Below, in pieces: positions 62,778 through 64,000 of a stretch of 64,000 bases of DNA (within the stretch, counting starts at the first letter, position 1; every line of letters begins with the position of its first letter). The translations under genes and the position numbers were made by a program. This DNA is from Myxococcota bacterium (GTDB lineage Bacteria > Myxococcota_A > UBA9160 > UBA4427): assembly GCA_965223565.1 (NCBI GenBank), contig CBDCWV010000011.1, positions 132,600-196,599 of the forward strand, in the 5' to 3' direction. The notes below the pieces were generated by a model that did no database searches, was not told the origin of the DNA, and saw only the letters and a program-made list of their open reading frames with translations.

Positions 62778-64000
62778 GACTGCTCGGCCTCGACGAGCCG
62801 CAACCGCATGCCCTCGGAGTGGATCCGAAGCGGCGAGATCACGACGAATTCGCCCTCGGCGAGACCCCGATCGATCACGACGCGATCGCGATCGCGCCGC
62901 ACGACGGAGACGTCCCGCACGCGCAGTATGGCTTCGCGACCGAGGGCCGCGTTCTCGCCCTCGCCCGAACCGGTCGCTGCCGGCTCCGCTACGAAGACGC
63001 GGTCGCCATCGCGGAGCGCCATCAACGGCAGCACGAAGACATCCGAGACGGAGCGCCCCGCGATCTCCGCAGTGACGAAGAGTCCGGCGGGAAGCGGCAC
63101 GGCACCCATGCCCGCCGGCGCCGGGAGCGCATCGGTCGCCGCACGCGCCGGGTCGAGTGCATAGGGATCTTCGACGCGCGCCACGACATGGAGCATGCGC
63201 GTCCGCTCGTCGATCGCGGCTTCCGCGCGATCGAGCCGTGCCTGCCACTCGTATTCGCGACCGCCGAGTCGACCGATCAGACGCACCCGTGGCTGCTCGT
63301 CGGTCCCATCGTCCACTGGATCGGCCGGCGTCGGCGCCGTCTGCACGCTGGCGTCGGCTTCGCCCGGCTCGCCACGCTCGACGACCGGCAGGCGGTTCCA
63401 GTCGAGCTCGAGAAACGCGAGCTCGTCGGTCTGGATCGGCAGGCGCACCTCCGCGAAATCGATCGCGAAGACGCGAGCGAGCTTGGTGCCCGGGGATACG
63501 AACTGCCCGATGTCGACGGAACGCTCGCGGACGCGCCCATCGAAGGGGGCGCGCACGACGGTGCGTTCGAGGTCGAGCGAAGCCTGCTCGCGCTGCGCGC
63601 GCGCCTCGGCGAGCGACGCCCTCGCGACCCGTTCGCGATTCTCGACTTGATCGAGATCGGCCACGCTCGCGGCACCGCGCTCACGGAGCTCGCGGCGGCG
63701 GGCGGCCTCGGCCGACGCCAGTCGCGCCTCGCTCTCGCGCAGGCGCACCGTCGCGCGCGCGCGGTCGCGTGCGATGCGATATTCCCGATCGTCGAGGCGC
63801 AGCAGCTCGTCGCCCTTCTCGAAGACACCGCCCACGAAGAGCTTCGGCGAGACCCAGACCACGCGCCCGCGCACCTCGGAGACGAGATCGCTCTCGGTCC
63901 GAGGCACGACGGTTCCCCGCGTCACGACGCGAAGACGGAGGTCCTCGGAAGCGGCGCGCATGACGCGCACGAGCGGGGCGGGCGCGACCGGCTCTCGTGT
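62774..64000 (-). CDS. RND efflux periplasmic adaptor (membrane-fusion protein), 5'-partial
   Basis: 'GTVVPRTESDLVSEVRGRVVWVSP', coiled-coil hairpin region, 'VVRAPFDGRV', 'GMGAVPLPAGLFVTAEI'. The frame stays open to the window edge (…TREPVAPAPLV-RVMRAA…), so the true start lies beyond 64000. Confidence 0.85.
   Translation of the reverse strand, partial: TREPVAPAPLVRVMRAASEDLRLRVVTRGTVVPRTESDLVSEVRGRVVWVSPKLFVGGVFEKGDELLRLDDREYRIARDRARATVRLRESEARLASAEAARRRELRERGAASVADLDQVENRERVARASLAEARAQREQASLDLERTVVRAPFDGRVRERSVDIGQFVSPGTKLARVFAIDFAEVRLPIQTDELAFLELDWNRLPVVERGEPGEADASVQTAPTPADPVDDGTDEQPRVRLIGRLGGREYEWQARLDRAEAAIDERTRMLHVVARVEDPYALDPARAATDALPAPAGMGAVPLPAGLFVTAEIAGRSVSDVFVLPLMALRDGDRVFVAEPAATGSGEGENAALGREAILRVRDVSVVRRDRDRVVIDRGLAEGEFVVISPLRIHSEGMRLRLVEAEQS

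Noticed and set aside
59172-63164. 1330-aa plus-strand ORF, the longest in the track
   Set aside because: It is antisense to the RND permease and adaptor. The sequence is Arg/Asp/His-rich and repetitive, with no hydrophobic helices or known motifs.
1-64000. Searched by eye for defence islands, prophage, integrases, toxin-antitoxin pairs, retron/DGR reverse transcriptases, secretion systems, and rRNA/tRNA genes
   Set aside because: No ORF translation shows nuclease/helicase/ATPase defence-type architectures, integrase or recombinase motifs, RT motifs (YxDD) or phage structural proteins. I therefore do not claim any such system.

Overview
Visibly GC-rich (about two-thirds G+C by eye, not computed), almost gap-free bacterial chromosomal DNA. 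All calls come from reading the translated ORF track and the raw sequence and matching motifs from memory. No searches or computations were run.

I call 58 protein-coding genes. There is no rRNA or tRNA gene, no CRISPR array and no intact mobile element. The only mobile-DNA trace is an internally deleted IS5/IS1182-type transposase relic at 55972-56198.

From 1 to about 55.9 kb the window is a dense run of paralogous small-molecule and lipid-type redox and CoA-chemistry enzymes:
- 4 luciferase-like (LLM) oxidoreductases, 4 SDRs, 4 crotonases
- 3 amidohydrolase_2 proteins, 3 MDR dehydrogenases
- 2 VOC proteins and 1 cupin dioxygenase-like protein
- a tandem-hotdog thioesterase, TesB and MaoC
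- a DUF35 plus SCP-x-type thiolase pair
- TauD, nitroreductase, a KstD-like flavoprotein, and molybdopterin- and PQQ-dependent dehydrogenases
- 3 paralogues of an uncharacterised DUF1214-like family
- 2 paralogous Stf-like sulfotransferases

Housekeeping genes are interspersed: type-2 ileS, bfr, ilvA, rsmE and an rsmJ-like gene. An RND efflux pair sits at the right edge, and its adaptor gene runs off the window. RND/MFP, RsmJ and the lipoproteins suggest a Gram-negative host. I cannot assign a lineage.

Only one transcription regulator, an ECF sigma factor, is recognisable in 64 kb. I see no canonical defence, phage, secretion or toxin-antitoxin system. The most plausible candidates for something undescribed are:
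1. An ECF sigma factor translationally coupled (ATGA) to an SRPBCC-fold protein instead of a classical anti-sigma, divergent from a DUF3604 lipoprotein.
2. Sulfur-ester modules: DUF1214-like plus sulfotransferase; MFS plus sulfotransferase opposite a PlsC-like acyltransferase; and a TauD/AtsK-like dioxygenase opposite the third DUF1214-like gene.
3. A recent in-frame 18-bp x4 tandem repeat inside the molybdopterin oxidoreductase.

The many very long antisense ORFs in the track are GC-driven shadow ORFs and were rejected.
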